NCBI GenBank assembly: GCA_951406725.2
Contig: OX597818.1
Coordinates: forward strand, 133,796,001 to 133,860,000
DNA: 64,000 nt
Origin: Octopus vulgaris
Taxonomy: Eukaryota
Direction of reading: 5' to 3'
In this document: in pieces, positions 25,242 through 38,132 of the stretch
How positions within the stretch are numbered: the stretch's first letter is position 1
Layout of the letters: each line of letters begins with the position of its first letter
Program-made: the position numbers and the translations under genes
Notes under the pieces: model-generated
Database searches by the model: none
Told to the model about the DNA's origin: nothing
What the model saw: the letters and a program-made list of their open reading frames with translations, nothing else

Positions 25242-26127
25242 GGAGAGAGAGGTGGCGATAGATATATGCACACATTATACATACCTTGCTATATATGTAT
25301 GTATGTATGTATATATATTTATAATATTTATGTATGCATGTGTATAGATATATAGATAAATATATATATATATATATAATATTTATGCATGTATGTATAT
25401 ATATATATATATATATATATTTATGTAAATATATATATATATATAATATGTATGTATGTATGTACATATATATATATATATGCATGTATGTACATGAACA
25501 TACATTTGTTCGAGGTAATACAAAACACAAAAATACTTAATAAATATATAGATACTTGCAGACACATAATTTCACAAATAAAATATACATGCATATGGAG
25601 AAGCAGATGCCTGTTATATTGCATAAAGGTGGGAAGGTGAGAGACACATTTATGTATACATATTGGCATGCACTTTATTGGTAAACTGTATTCAGCAAGA
25701 AATGATATTGTAACGAGAAAGAATATATGGCATCGATTATTGATAGTAGACACTTATGCTAATGATAGATCTAACGATGATACAGGGGTTGGTATTGATA
25801 AAATGGAAATATTTATCGCAGCCCATTTATGGGTTTTCCTTTCAAATCTATTTCATCAATCCAATTCACAAGATAATTAGTGTACAGCGCTGTCATCCCT
25901 TCTCATTCTGTTGATAGCACATAAAAATCAGCGAGGAGAAATGCGTGTATGATTTATATAAAGAAACCACAAAAGTCATGCCAACGCTGCTCTCTAATTG
26001 AAGTTACACTCTATCAAAAACTATACATATGTATGTATATGCGTGTATAATTACGTATAAGTATATTATATGTGTATGTGCATGTGTGTGTATGCATGTG
26101 TGTGTGCATATATACATACATACATAC

Positions 26128-26186
<59 letters not shown>

Positions 26187-26268
26187 TATATGTACATATA
26201 TATATATATGCACATATATATATATATATATGTACATATATAGATATCTGGAGATATATGGGTTTCTT

Positions 26269-26314
<46 letters not shown>

Positions 26315-27156
26315 TATGTACATACATATATATGTATATATATATACACATACATACATGTACACACACATATATACATATATATATTATATAGGGGTAT
26401 CTCTCTCTGTCTTTCTATAGAGATGGATAGATATAGATATGTATGTATACACACACATATACGTATACACATAATCACACATGAATATAAAATATCACTA
26501 CGTTTTCATATATTACATTTTATATATGTGTTTGTGCATCTACATACACCACACACACACAAACACACATATACGTAAAAATATACACATACGTATACAA
26601 AACCTACAAATATACACATGTATATATGTACATTTATATATAACTATATACATAAATATATATGCATACAAATATATATTTATATACATATGTATATACA
26701 CCAACATATATCAATTTATACATGTATATAGAGAAATATGTGTGTGGGTATAGGGAAATATATATATCTATATATATAGAGAAATATATATTATACATAT
26801 ATATATATTACATGTATATATGTATATAAAATATATAAATGCGTATAAGTGTCAATACATACAGATGTGTGTGTATATATATATACGTATGAATGTAACA
26901 CACACTGTCATATATATAGACACACACATGCTCATACATATATACACACACACCCATACATGTATATGTATACTCACACACACACACATATACTCATATA
27001 TATACATACACATACACATATATAGACTCACATACTCATACATATATATATTTATATACACACATACTCATACATATGTTCCTGCATATATATGTGTGTG
27101 TGTGTGTGTAGATATTGATATATACATACATATATATATATATGTGTGTGTGCGTG

Positions 27157-27187
<31 letters not shown>

Positions 27188-27521
27188 CAATGGTAGGACA
27201 GAAAGAACACACACACACACACACATATATATACATACATATATATACATATATATGCACATGAATTCTATATATATATATATATATATATTGGCATACA
27301 TATATGTAAGATATATATGCATGTATATGTATATATATATATATACATACATACATACATACATACATACATACATACATACGTACATACATACATACAT
27401 ACATACATACATACATACATACATACTTACATACATACAAGCATGCATATGTATATACAATCATGCATACACAGAAGCATTAATATTGATAATGAAACAC
27501 ACACACCAATATCCATTATAG

Positions 27522-27562
<41 letters not shown>

Positions 27563-27590
27563 TGATACGTATGTATGTATTACATCAAAC
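24055..27590. repeat. Large compound microsatellite field (TA/CA/TACA/GA)
   Basis: Directly visible; interrupted by a hairpin at 24495-24552 and a unique island at ~25560-26010. Confidence 0.95.
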
Positions 27591-28974
27591 TACGCTAAAC
27601 TTCATACAAAAGTTAAAAAAGAAACAAAATATTTTGTGTATTTTTGTTGGAGTTTTCCTTTTTATTTTTCGCATTGAGATGAATGAATGAAAAAGAATGC
27701 TTTCTTTGACTTTCACTCAGCAAGCACATCAAATACATTTATAGATTTACATGATGACTAAACAACAGAGCATAGGAACATTTAAAACATCTGAATATAA
27801 ATGGTTAATTGAGATAAATATATCACATGTGGGATCGCACATTTTACACTGGAAAATTTTTCAAAATTAAAAGTGAAGTTACAATTTGAGCCATCAAATC
27901 ATCCAATTACAATTTAATTTTGAAATGTGTCTCAATAAAGTGAAAGAAAGCTAAATTGATCATTATCAAGAGAAAAATGGAGCTTGATCAATGTACAATT
28001 ATCAATAGCAGTGAAATTATAATCTTTATGCTACTTCTTACATCAATTGATATTTTCGATTTGTCCGTTGTGCAGGAAAATCCAGTTGATCTATATTCTT
28101 GATTCACAACTATTGATATCATAAGAGTAATTAAATCAAATGAAATACAATATACTTACTTCTGGATGGCATTTTGAAGTCTTTTATTGCCTGTCAGGAA
28201 TGATAACATTAAGAAACAAAGTGGAACAAATGCTTATATTATACAATTATACTTTTGTCTTTGAAGAATAAAAAGAATTATGAAGAGGGCAAAATACTTG
28301 GGCATGCAATAATAAAGTAAAATCAGCTATTAGCAAAAAACAAAATATTATTATATAAAATTGGGTGCAAGCGTAGCTAATTTGGCATACATGACTGTAT
28401 GGTTGAAAACTTTGCTTCCTAACCATAGGACTTTAGGTTCAATCCCACTGCATGTCACCTTGAGAAAGTGTCTTCTCTAGCCCCAGGCTAATCAAAGCTT
28501 TGTAAGTGGATTTGGTGAATGGAAACTAAAAGCGACCCATCATACAAATATATGCATGCATGTGTGTGCGTGTGCATGTGTATGAACGTGTATGTGTGCA
28601 AATGTGTGTGTGTATGCATATGTGTTTGTGAGTATGAATAGTGTGAATATGTTATCATTGCCTTGACATGACATCACATGGGAGTTGTAAATGAGTGTCA
28701 CTGTCATACAAGCAGTGTCACTCATTTCCAATATTCTGAGAAAATGTGTCTGGCTTTGGGGAAATATTACCTTGTTTGGAAACAAGTAAGGATTGACAAC
28801 AAAAGGGCATCTGACTGTAGAAAATCTGCTTCAATAAACTCCCTCTGATGCATAAAAGCATGAAAAAATTAACATTAAAATAACGATGATGATGACTATA
28901 TATAAATAGTAGCATTAGTGCCAAACAGTGATGAAGAATAAATGAATTTTAGCTTAGTTAAAATATGTTTGTAA

Positions 28975-29375
28975 CATTTGGTAGCAAAATGTTCCCAGAC
29001 TAGTTCTGTAGCATGTCAACAGAGGGCAGCACACAATTGCTTGTTCAATGAGAACTAGCAGCAACCTTCATGAGGCAGTGTGCTGAGTGACATCATTGTG
29101 TTTACTTCACAAGTTGTCAAAATTTGTGTTGTGATCACGTGTATGCAGTAGTCTGCAATTTTATCAGGGACAGGAACAAAAAGCCAACATGAAATTTTGC
29201 GTCAAACTTAGGAAATCTACAATGGAGACATTGAGCGTGCTTCAGCAAGCTTACGACAATGGAGCAATGGGCCGTGTGCAATATTTCAAGTGGCATAGGC
29301 ACTTCAAAAGTGAAAGAACATACTTGGAAGATTATGAGCGATCTGGAAGACCTGTCACAAGCATCACCCCCAGAA
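28975..29375 (+). mobile_element. Mariner transposon 5' fragment
   Basis: MKFCVKLRKSTMETLSVLQQAYDNGAMGRVQYFKWHRHFKSERTYLEDYERSGRP matches the mariner N-terminal HTH and the SGRP motif. Confidence 0.85.
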
Positions 29376-29737
29376 ATAGAACATAGAACACGTTATATAT
29401 TTTAATAATTACTGGTATTTTTATATATGTAAAGCATAATGTTATACATGTATGTATATTGCAATAATTGTTTTTTTTTAAATAAATAAATAGACATAAT
29501 ATAATGTCTAAAAGTTGATGAATACCACCTCTTGATTCCCTTCCATTTTCTTATTGCCGTATAAATTAAGGGTAAAACAACTTTTTACCCTCACCCATTT
29601 ATTACATTCAGTAGTACTATTTGCCATGCAATGGAAAAACACTTGTATATTAATATTTAGGTATTCTACCAGAAGTATATTGGATAGATATTATCCCTTA
29701 GTTGGTTGGATTCACAACGTCTAACTCTCTTGAAATT

Positions 29738-29773
<36 letters not shown>

Positions 29774-29784
29774 TGTGTGTGTGT

Positions 29785-29981
29785 GACCTTGTGTGTACCG
29801 TTGGTGATTTTTTTCCTCTGTCTTCCCTTCTCTGGATCTTTCCTTCTCCTATGTTTCCGACGAAGAGCTCCGCTCGAAACGTTAAACCCTCCTTCTTTCC
29901 TTCTTTCCTGTGCGTCCAATAATACTATATTTGTTCCACGTCCTCGCGTTGTTGTGTTTTTTTGTGCTTTCTTGTTTGGAT

Positions 29982-29986
<5 letters not shown>
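29785..29986 (+). mobile_element. ~200-bp PLE pLTR-like repeat carrying a minimal hammerhead-like motif (29853-29887)
   Basis: gttt-CCGACGA-a-gagc-tcc-gctc-GAAAC-GTT-aaac; flanked by microsatellites; near-identical inverted copy at 33975-34170. Confidence 0.65.
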
Positions 29987-30023
<37 letters not shown>

Positions 30024-30033
<10 letters not shown>

Positions 30034-30273
30034 TAAATTAGAGACAAAACCACTATTAGGCAAATCAAACAATGAAAGACTTAAGCCAATACATATGATT
30101 AATTTATATTATTTAAATATGTAACAATTATTAAAAAATATAATTAATTATAATTATATTTTTTAATAATTGTTACATATTTAAATAATATAAATTAATC
30201 ATATGTATTGGCTTAAGTCTTTCATTGTTTGATTTGCCTAATAGTGGTTTTGTCTCTAATTTAATATAATATA
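30024..30273. repeat. Perfect 123-bp inverted repeat with 4-nt spacer
   Basis: 30024-30146 is the reverse complement of 30151-30273 (checked by eye); loop ATTA. Confidence 0.95.
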
Positions 30274-30379
30274 ATATTTTTCTATAAAATTGGATTCAAT
30301 CCTAAATCTGATTTTTCCCTGTAAGTTTGGATTTATTCCCTAATATTTATTATTATATATATATATAAAAAAAAAAAAA

Positions 30380-30991
30380 AAAAACACCATCCGAGCGTGG
30401 TCGTCTGCTAGCCTTGTCTGGCATCTGTGTCGGTGGCACATAAAAAAACACCATCCAAGCGTGGCCGTTCGCCAGCCTCGTCTGGCACCTGTGTCGGTGG
30501 CACATAAAAACACCATCCGAGCGTGGTCGTCTGCTAGCCTTGTCTGGCACCTGTGTGGGTGGCACATAAAAACACCATCCGAGCGTGGCCGTTCGCCAGC
30601 TTCGTCTGGCACCTGTGTCGGTGGCAATTAAAAACACCATCCGAGCGTGGCCGTTTGCCAGCCTCGTCTGGCACCTGTGTCGCTGGCACATAAAAACACC
30701 ATCCGAGCGTGGCCGTTCGCCAGCTTCGTCTGTCTGCACCTGTGTCGGTGGCACATAAAAACACCATCCGAGCGTGGCCGTTCGCCAGCCTCGTCTGGCA
30801 CCTGTGTCGGTGGCACATAAAATCACCCACTACACTCTCGGAGTGGTTGGCGTTAGGAAGGGCATCCAGCTGTAGAAACACTGCCAGATCTGACTGGCCT
30901 GGTGCAGCCTTCGGGCTCCCCAGACCCCAGTTGAACCGTCCAACCCATGCTAGCATGGAAAGCGGACGTTAAATGATGATGATGATGATGA

Positions 30992-30995
<4 letters not shown>
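30380..30995 (+). mobile_element. RTE 3' UTR with 7 tandem ~62-bp units and (GAT)n tail
   Basis: caccatcc recurs at 30385, 30449, 30511, 30573, 30635, 30697 and 30762, followed by the standard tail. Confidence 0.9.
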
Positions 30996-31030
<35 letters not shown>

Positions 31031-31124
31031 CATACATACATATATATACATACATATATACATATATACATACATGTATATACATACATATATACATATA
31101 TATAGCATGGAAGGCAGATGTTAA

Positions 31125-31162
<38 letters not shown>

Positions 31163-32022
31163 AATGATGTTTTACATAGAGCATGAAAAAGGCAACATGC
31201 TAAAAAGAAAATACACAATTTCTTAACAGCTGTTTCATGAAGCTTGAGGTAAGGCAATAAGCATAATATTCATAATTTGCACATGGAATATGCAAAACGT
31301 CCTGGGTATGCAGCCAGTGAACAGTGAACAGTCGCATGGAGATATTACAATAAATCTGGCTCCCTTCATGAAGAGAGAGTTGGTACAAGCAGCTCATATT
31401 TTAGTGACAGAGATCTAAATGGTTGAAAGGAGAAAGGACAAAGAATAAAAACAAAAGGCAGGGAAAGTAGGGAGGATTTCTATGACCTAGGGGGGAAAAG
31501 CTGTCCAAGTCAAGAAATTATGTAATTTCTTCATTTTCTGTATTTTTTATGTTCTATGAAAATATATTCGTGTGTGTGGGAGTGGTGTATACATGTGTTT
31601 ATCTGTCTTAATACATGTAGATATATGTGTGACTGTGTGGTAAGAAGTTTCCTCCTCACCAACATGACACCTTGAACAAGCATCTTCTACTATAGCCACA
31701 GGCTTACCAAGGCCTTCTGAGTGTATTTAGCAAATGGGAACTGAAAGACACCCATCGTATATATATATATATATATCATCATCATCATCATCATCGTTTA
31801 ACGTCCGTTCTCCATGCTAGCATGGGTTGGACGGTTCGACCGGGGATCTGGGAAGCCAGAAGGCTGCACCAGGCTCCAGTCTTATCTGGCAATGTTTCTA
31901 CAGCTGGATGCCCTTCCTAATGCCAACCACTCCGTGAGTGTAGTGGGTGCTTTTTACGTGCCACGGTGCTGAGGAAAAATAGAAGTCTTTGATGTTTTGA
32001 GCCTATGCTCTTCTAAGGAAAG

Positions 32023-32029
<7 letters not shown>

Positions 32030-32053
<24 letters not shown>

Positions 32054-32786
32054 AATATTTGTGTGCGTGTATTTATATGTGTGTGTGTATGCATATATGT
32101 ATGTACACTTACTCATATATGTCCCAAGATTTTGATATACATGTAGCTGCATTCAAATGTGTCTGCATAAATTTGGTCAAATATGTCAATATATATTTTG
32201 CATGTGTCTATATGTGTGTACTTTCATGTAAATAGTTATAGACATATGTTATCTAAATGTGTTTAGGCACACACACACACACATATATGCATTTATACAG
32301 ATGTAAACAGAAACACACATATCCATATGTACATACATATAAACATGAATATACACATAGTACATACACACACATACACACACATATACATAAGCCTATG
32401 TAAAAGTAATGTAGTCATAGATCTATAAATATATATCAAGACATACAACACACATATATGAACACGATTATATATTACACACCAACACATAATGGCACCA
32501 GTTATTGACTATTGTATTTTCCTATACATAACCCCTCCTGTTCTCTCTCTCTTTTCTCTCTCTCTCTCTCTCTCTCTCTTTCTTATCACACACATACACA
32601 TACACATTCACATATGCTCACAGTTACTTTCTCTCAGTCATCAAAGTTTGAGTCTTTATTATTTATTGTAGATAGGTATTTCTGATAAGCTTGTTTCGAT
32701 AAAACAAAATAATAAATGGTATTTTTCTACATCAACTTATTCACATTTGATGGTATGTGCAGATATATTTACACACACACACACAT

Positions 32787-32822
<36 letters not shown>

Positions 32823-32855
32823 ACATACATATACATATATATGTATACATATACA

Positions 32856-32908
<53 letters not shown>

Positions 32909-32916
32909 ATATATAT

Positions 32917-32973
<57 letters not shown>

Positions 32974-33316
32974 CATACATAAATACATATGCGTGCATGT
33001 ATATATATATATATTATATATATATGCATATATATATATATATACATATGCATATATATATATATGCATATGCATATATATATATGCATATATATACATA
33101 TGTATACATACATATACATATATATATATATATATATATGCATATATATACATATGCATATATATATACATACACACATACATATATATGCATATATATA
33201 TATATAAATATACATATTTATACATATGTACATTTCCACATCTATATGTATGTGTGTATGTGTGTGTGTGTAAGTATACATACATACATACATACATACA
33301 AGCACACGTATGTATG

Positions 33317-33350
<34 letters not shown>

Positions 33351-33360
33351 TGTATACCTT
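32030..33360. repeat. Compound microsatellite field
   Basis: (TA)n, (CA)n, (TATG)n and (TC)n. Confidence 0.9.
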
Positions 33361-33932
33361 GCCTTCTTCTCTTTTCCATATATAGTCACTACATTCAAAG
33401 GTTAGCAACTTACATGAAACCAAAGTGTAAATTCATTAGCAATGATTATATCAAACCAATATATCTGATTATGACACATCATTAAATAAAGTATATTTTG
33501 AAAAATAATGGTGGTTAAGCTCATACAGTTTATGCAAGTGAAATATAATTTCCAAATCATAGAAGTCAGTTATTATTATATTGCAGAAATGATTTTTAGT
33601 TTTGAGAGTTTTTTGGGGGTCTTTTTTTTTTATATATTTTATCAGTTAATTCTATATGGAAGCTTTGTTTTGGCATTTTTGTATTTGTTTGTTTTAGATT
33701 TAAAAGTCTGTAGTTTTCATTGAAAATGATATTCCTGCGATAGTATTTTTCTGATTTTTGTACAACATAGCATGGCTGTGTGGTTAAGAAATTTACTTCT
33801 CAACCACATGTTCTTGGGTTCAGTCCTACTGTGTGGCATGTTGGGAAAATGTCTCTTATTATAGCCCAGGACTGACAAAATACTTTGTAACCGAATTTGG
33901 TAAATGGAAACCAAAAGAAGCATGTATATGTA

Positions 33933-33972
<40 letters not shown>

Positions 33973-33974
33973 AA

Positions 33975-34170
33975 GTTAATCCAAACAAGAAAGCACAAAA
34001 AAAACACAACAATGCGAGGACGTGGAACAAATATAGTATTATTGGACGCTCAGGAAAGAAGGAAAGAAGGAGGGTTTAATGTTTCGAGCGGAGCTCTTCG
34101 TCGGAAACATAGGAGAAAGAAAGATCCAGAGAAGGGAAGACAGAGGAAAAAAATCGCCAACAGTACACAT
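33975..34170 (-). mobile_element. Second copy of the pLTR-like repeat, hammerhead-like motif at 34074-34108
   Basis: Reverse complement of 29790-29985; motif gttt-CCGACGA-agagctccgctc-GAAAC-ATT-aaac. Confidence 0.65.
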
Positions 34171-34229
34171 GAGAGTGTGTGTGTATTTGTGTAACCTTAT
34201 CCAGATACCCATCACATGATGTCTAGACC

Positions 34230-34410
34230 AGGATACACAAGTACACACACACATGTCATCATCATTATCATCGAAGAACACTCAGAGAAGCTGCCAACAG
34301 ATGAACTCCTTCAGCTTCAGGAGCAGCAGCATTTGGATGCAGAGGAAGTGATTGGTTCCCCGGAGGAGGACAGTGTAGTGGAGAATGCTATCTCTATGAG
34401 ATACTAGTGG
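34230..34410 (+). mobile_element. Possible Tigger/pogo transposase C-terminal fragment
   Basis: EEHSEKLPTDELLQLQEQQH resembles the EEH.EELT.EEL..L motif of Tigger-type transposases; short match only. Confidence 0.4.
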
Positions 34411-34599
34411 TACTAGTGCTGGTGTTGCTGGCTCTGTTGTTAGTTCTGCCCTCATGTCTATGGCTGCTATGATTCCTGCCGGTGGAATTGGCTGGGTTCG
34501 CCTGCACCTCGGCTTGATAGATGATGCCTTTGGCTTTGCAGCAGCCTTCTACTGGGTAACTATTGTGGATCCTGCATGAACAACCACCTCCTCCTGTTG

Positions 34600-35225
34600 C
34601 TTAAGGACACTAACTAATATTCTCTTAATGCTAGGTGTACAAACAAGACTCTGATGTTGTGCCTGTTGAAAATGGGGGCATACCTATGGGAGATAGTAAA
34701 GTATTTGTCTATTAATTTAAGGAAAAGTCTACATACAGGCATTATAGTATTAAGGAAGAAAGGGGTTGCACACCAAATTGTATTTCTATGGCATTTCCTT
34801 CTGTGGGTGTTGGGTTTTGTCATGTAGGAAATGCTGTCCTTGAGACCCTATGGCCTGTTGGCCTATGACCTCTTTAAAATATGGAGGGTGAAATGATACA
34901 GTTAGAGGAAAGGCTCGAAATCCTCTTATTAACACCCTTTACCAGGTTCTTGAACATGATGGGTGGGTGGCATGAGGCTGTGTTGATGTGTGTTAGCCTC
35001 TTGTTTGGTTTGCAGTAGGGCCTGTATTTACTGGAGCCCAAATCCAGCATAACATCTACGAAGTATGCTGTGGTGAGGTTGGTCTCTATAGTGATCTTTA
35101 ATGCCATGCATCCAAGCATGCTGATTAAGTCCTTCCTAAGCCTATCTAGTGTGTGGCCACTTGCTCACCTAGAGATGACCAGGGCGCCATCCCTGTAGAG
35201 GCTAAAGAGGACAGAGGGGAACATT
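34600..35225 (-). mobile_element. Penelope-like element RT C-terminal fragment
   Basis: LYRDGAL (decayed YRDD), LKITIETNLTTAYFVDVMLDLGSSKYRPYCKPN..HPP, RNTIWCATPF..FLKLIDKYF..IFNRHNIRV. Confidence 0.85.
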
Positions 35226-35374
35226 TTCCTAAGAGTATCCAGGATGTACAATCCTATAAGGAGGACGATACAGCCAGAAGCCGATGACCAACACCAAAGG
35301 GAGATAATCCCCTTTATTTATATCTGTATTGTTTCCCCCTCCAAATTTTAAAGAGGCCATAGGCCAACAGGTAT

Positions 35375-35434
35375 TAGGGTCTGAAGATACACCATAAAGG
35401 TACCCTTTATGACAAGAACACCAGGGTAACCCTA
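35375..35434 (+). ncRNA. Hammerhead-like motif adjacent to a PLE fragment
   Basis: tagggt-CTGAAGA-..cataaagg/cctttatg stem..-GAAcACCAGGGTA-acccta; 6-bp stem I, one extra C in the GAAA box. Confidence 0.5.
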
Positions 35435-35454
35435 TAAACCAGCCTTCACCAGTA

Positions 35455-35725
<271 letters not shown>

Positions 35726-36509
35726 GCCAAATTAAATATTGCAATGATACAAAATTAGATATTTCATTCATTATTCTGTTTTTTTTTTCTTCTTTGCAAT
35801 AAGAATTATACATGTACTTAATTGTAGTCAAAGATCAAAATCAAAATTCAATTGTAGCCTATTATGAACCATCTCATAAAATATAAGAACTCAGTGTTAA
35901 ATTATGCTCCAGATGTCATTCCACTACATTAATAACTGTCTTTCTGAAATAGGCACCACAGTCAACCATATCAACAACAGTACTTGACTAGTACTTTATT
36001 TTGCCAATCCCAAAAGGACGAAAGAGCAAAGCTGACTGCAATGAGATTTGAACCCAGGATATAAAAATCCAGAAGAAATACCACAGAAGAAATTTTGTCC
36101 AAATCTCTAAATATTCTGCTTATCTACCATTAAAAAAAAATTTGATATTTACAAATGAAGAACAAATTTCAGCTATTTACTAAACTTAAAATGAATTAAG
36201 CTACATAACAATATAACTAATATAGGATTATGTAAATATGATCAGAAGAGAATTAAATGAATATGATACTGCTACTGTTGAAACTTCTTGGTTATCGTTA
36301 TTCTAAATCTAATTAGGAGACAAACAAAATTGTACTTTCTCTTCTACTTTTACTAACTTTTCGAAAATATATGTTGTTATCGTTGTTATTAATTCTTAGT
36401 GTATCTTAATTCTTTTTGTCTTGGTTCCACCTGTACAGTTGGCCTGTACATTTGGCATCAAGATGTTTCCAATTATCTCAGTTTTAAGCATAATCCCCTG
36501 CATCATCTA

Positions 36510-37100
36510 TAATAATATAATAATAATGATGAAATTATTTTATACAGTGCTCAGGTGCACCACAACTTGTCAAAAGTGCATATAAAGCATATGCAGTAAT
36601 GTACAAATGGCTGGGAAGTGAACAGTGTATGAGTCAGATACATGCATGTGTGTGTATGGAGGGGAGAAAATCAGGTGTAGTGTTGGCGAATCTCAGGAAG
36701 CATGGAAGTTTTGAAGGATGCAGTGCTCCGACAACTAACAACTGATGCCGGCAGTTTGTTCTATACCTCAGCAACTCTTAGCATGAAAAAATGTTTCCAA
36801 AAGTCATGGGAGCTGTGCTGTTTTCTGACTTTGTAATCATGTCCACGGGTGTTAGATGGGTGGAGTTTGAAAAGGTGCTCAGAGTTATTGTTTGTACGAT
36901 GGTTGATAATTTTATGGGTGTCTGCCAAGTCAGCTGCCAGACGTCGGAGTTTCAATGTGTCCATGCCCAGGGAAGCAAGGCATTCAGAATATGACAAATG
37001 CCTGATGGAGGGTATTCTTTTGGTTGCCCGTCGCTGAACGGTTTCCAGACGATTAATATCCTAGGCAAGATAAGGGTTCCAGACCAAGTGATGCTAAGTT
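36510..37100 (-). mobile_element. CR1-type LINE 3' end
   Basis: SYSECLASLGMDTLKLRRLAADL..NTRGH..HFFMLRVAEV*NKLP..FK; ATT-rich tail at ~36510-36530. Confidence 0.85.
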
Positions 37101-37139
37101 GTTACAGATCCTCCTCTTTGAAGGTGTTGAGCCACATCT

Positions 37140-37340
37140 TTTCAGATCTTCCTCTCTTCCTTTATCCCTATGGTGATACCCATTGTATTAGCAGTTAGAA
37201 AACAAACATGACCTGAACAAGTTACATTCCTCTTTCCAACAAAGTTTGTGATTCTATCCATGTAGGTAATCTCGAGTATGCTACATAGACAGCATTGGTG
37301 GAATGCATTCAACCTGTGAGTGATCTTGGCAGTCATCTTC
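37140..37340 (-). mobile_element. RTE LINE ORF fragment
   Basis: RLNAFHQCCLCSILEITYMDRITN matches the RTE L..FH..CLR.IL.I.W.D.I.N motif. Confidence 0.65.
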
Positions 37341-37789
37341 TAATGCCTATCCAGACTGAACAGACCTGTAATCAAGTGCATTCTAGCTGTGATCATCCTG
37401 TATTCATCTAAGAATAGTGTATCCTTGGTAACATCATCTAGCGTATGTGTTTTTATTTTAATGACAGGCTGTAATTTGAAAGAGATTTGCTACTGTTTTC
37501 TCACAGATTTAGCAACCACATGAAGTTTCTCTTGTTGGCTCAGTCAAAAGATGTATTTCTATCAAAATAACATTTGTAATTAGCAAATTCATAATGATTG
37601 ATTAAATACCTAATGTATCAATGAAGAAAGAAAATAATAGTTGCAAAAATGTGTGTTACATAAATAAAATGAATGTTGCTAAAGTACATTAGGTACTTAA
37701 AGAGAATAACTGTTAAAATAAGAACTAGCTCCCTTTTGTACTGTTTTACATCCATCCGTCTGCACTTACAAGGATTAGATACTCTCTCT

Positions 37790-38132
37790 TTACTCTTTTA
37801 CTTGTTTCAGTCATCTGACTGCAGCCATGCTGGAGCACCGCCTTTAGTCGAGCAAATCAACCCTGGGACTTATTCTTTGTAAGCCCAGTACTTATTCTAT
37901 CGGTCTCTTTTGCCAAACCGCTAAGTGACGGGGACGTAAACACACCAGCATCGGTTGTCAAGCAATGCTAGGGTGACAAACACAGACACACAAACATATA
38001 CACACACACTTATATATATATACATATATACGACAGGCTTCTTTCAGTTTCCGTCTACCAAATCCACTCACAAGGCATTGGTCGGCTCGGGGCTATAGCA
38101 GAAGACACTTGCCCAAGATGCCATGCAGTGGG
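37790..38132 (-). mobile_element. tRNA/CORE-like SINE
   Basis: Reverse complement of the 11404-11855 family. Confidence 0.88.

Noticed and set aside
24009-27565. Many long ORFs rich in Y/I/C/V/H/T (also ~2000-3800, 20000-21800, 32700-33500, 43800-45200)
   Set aside because: Translations of (TA)n/(CA)n/(TACA)n microsatellites, open in several frames on both strands.
30381-30822. Regularly spaced repeats resembling a CRISPR array
   Set aside because: Units are contiguous tandem copies with no unique spacers, lie in a LINE 3' UTR, and there are no cas genes.
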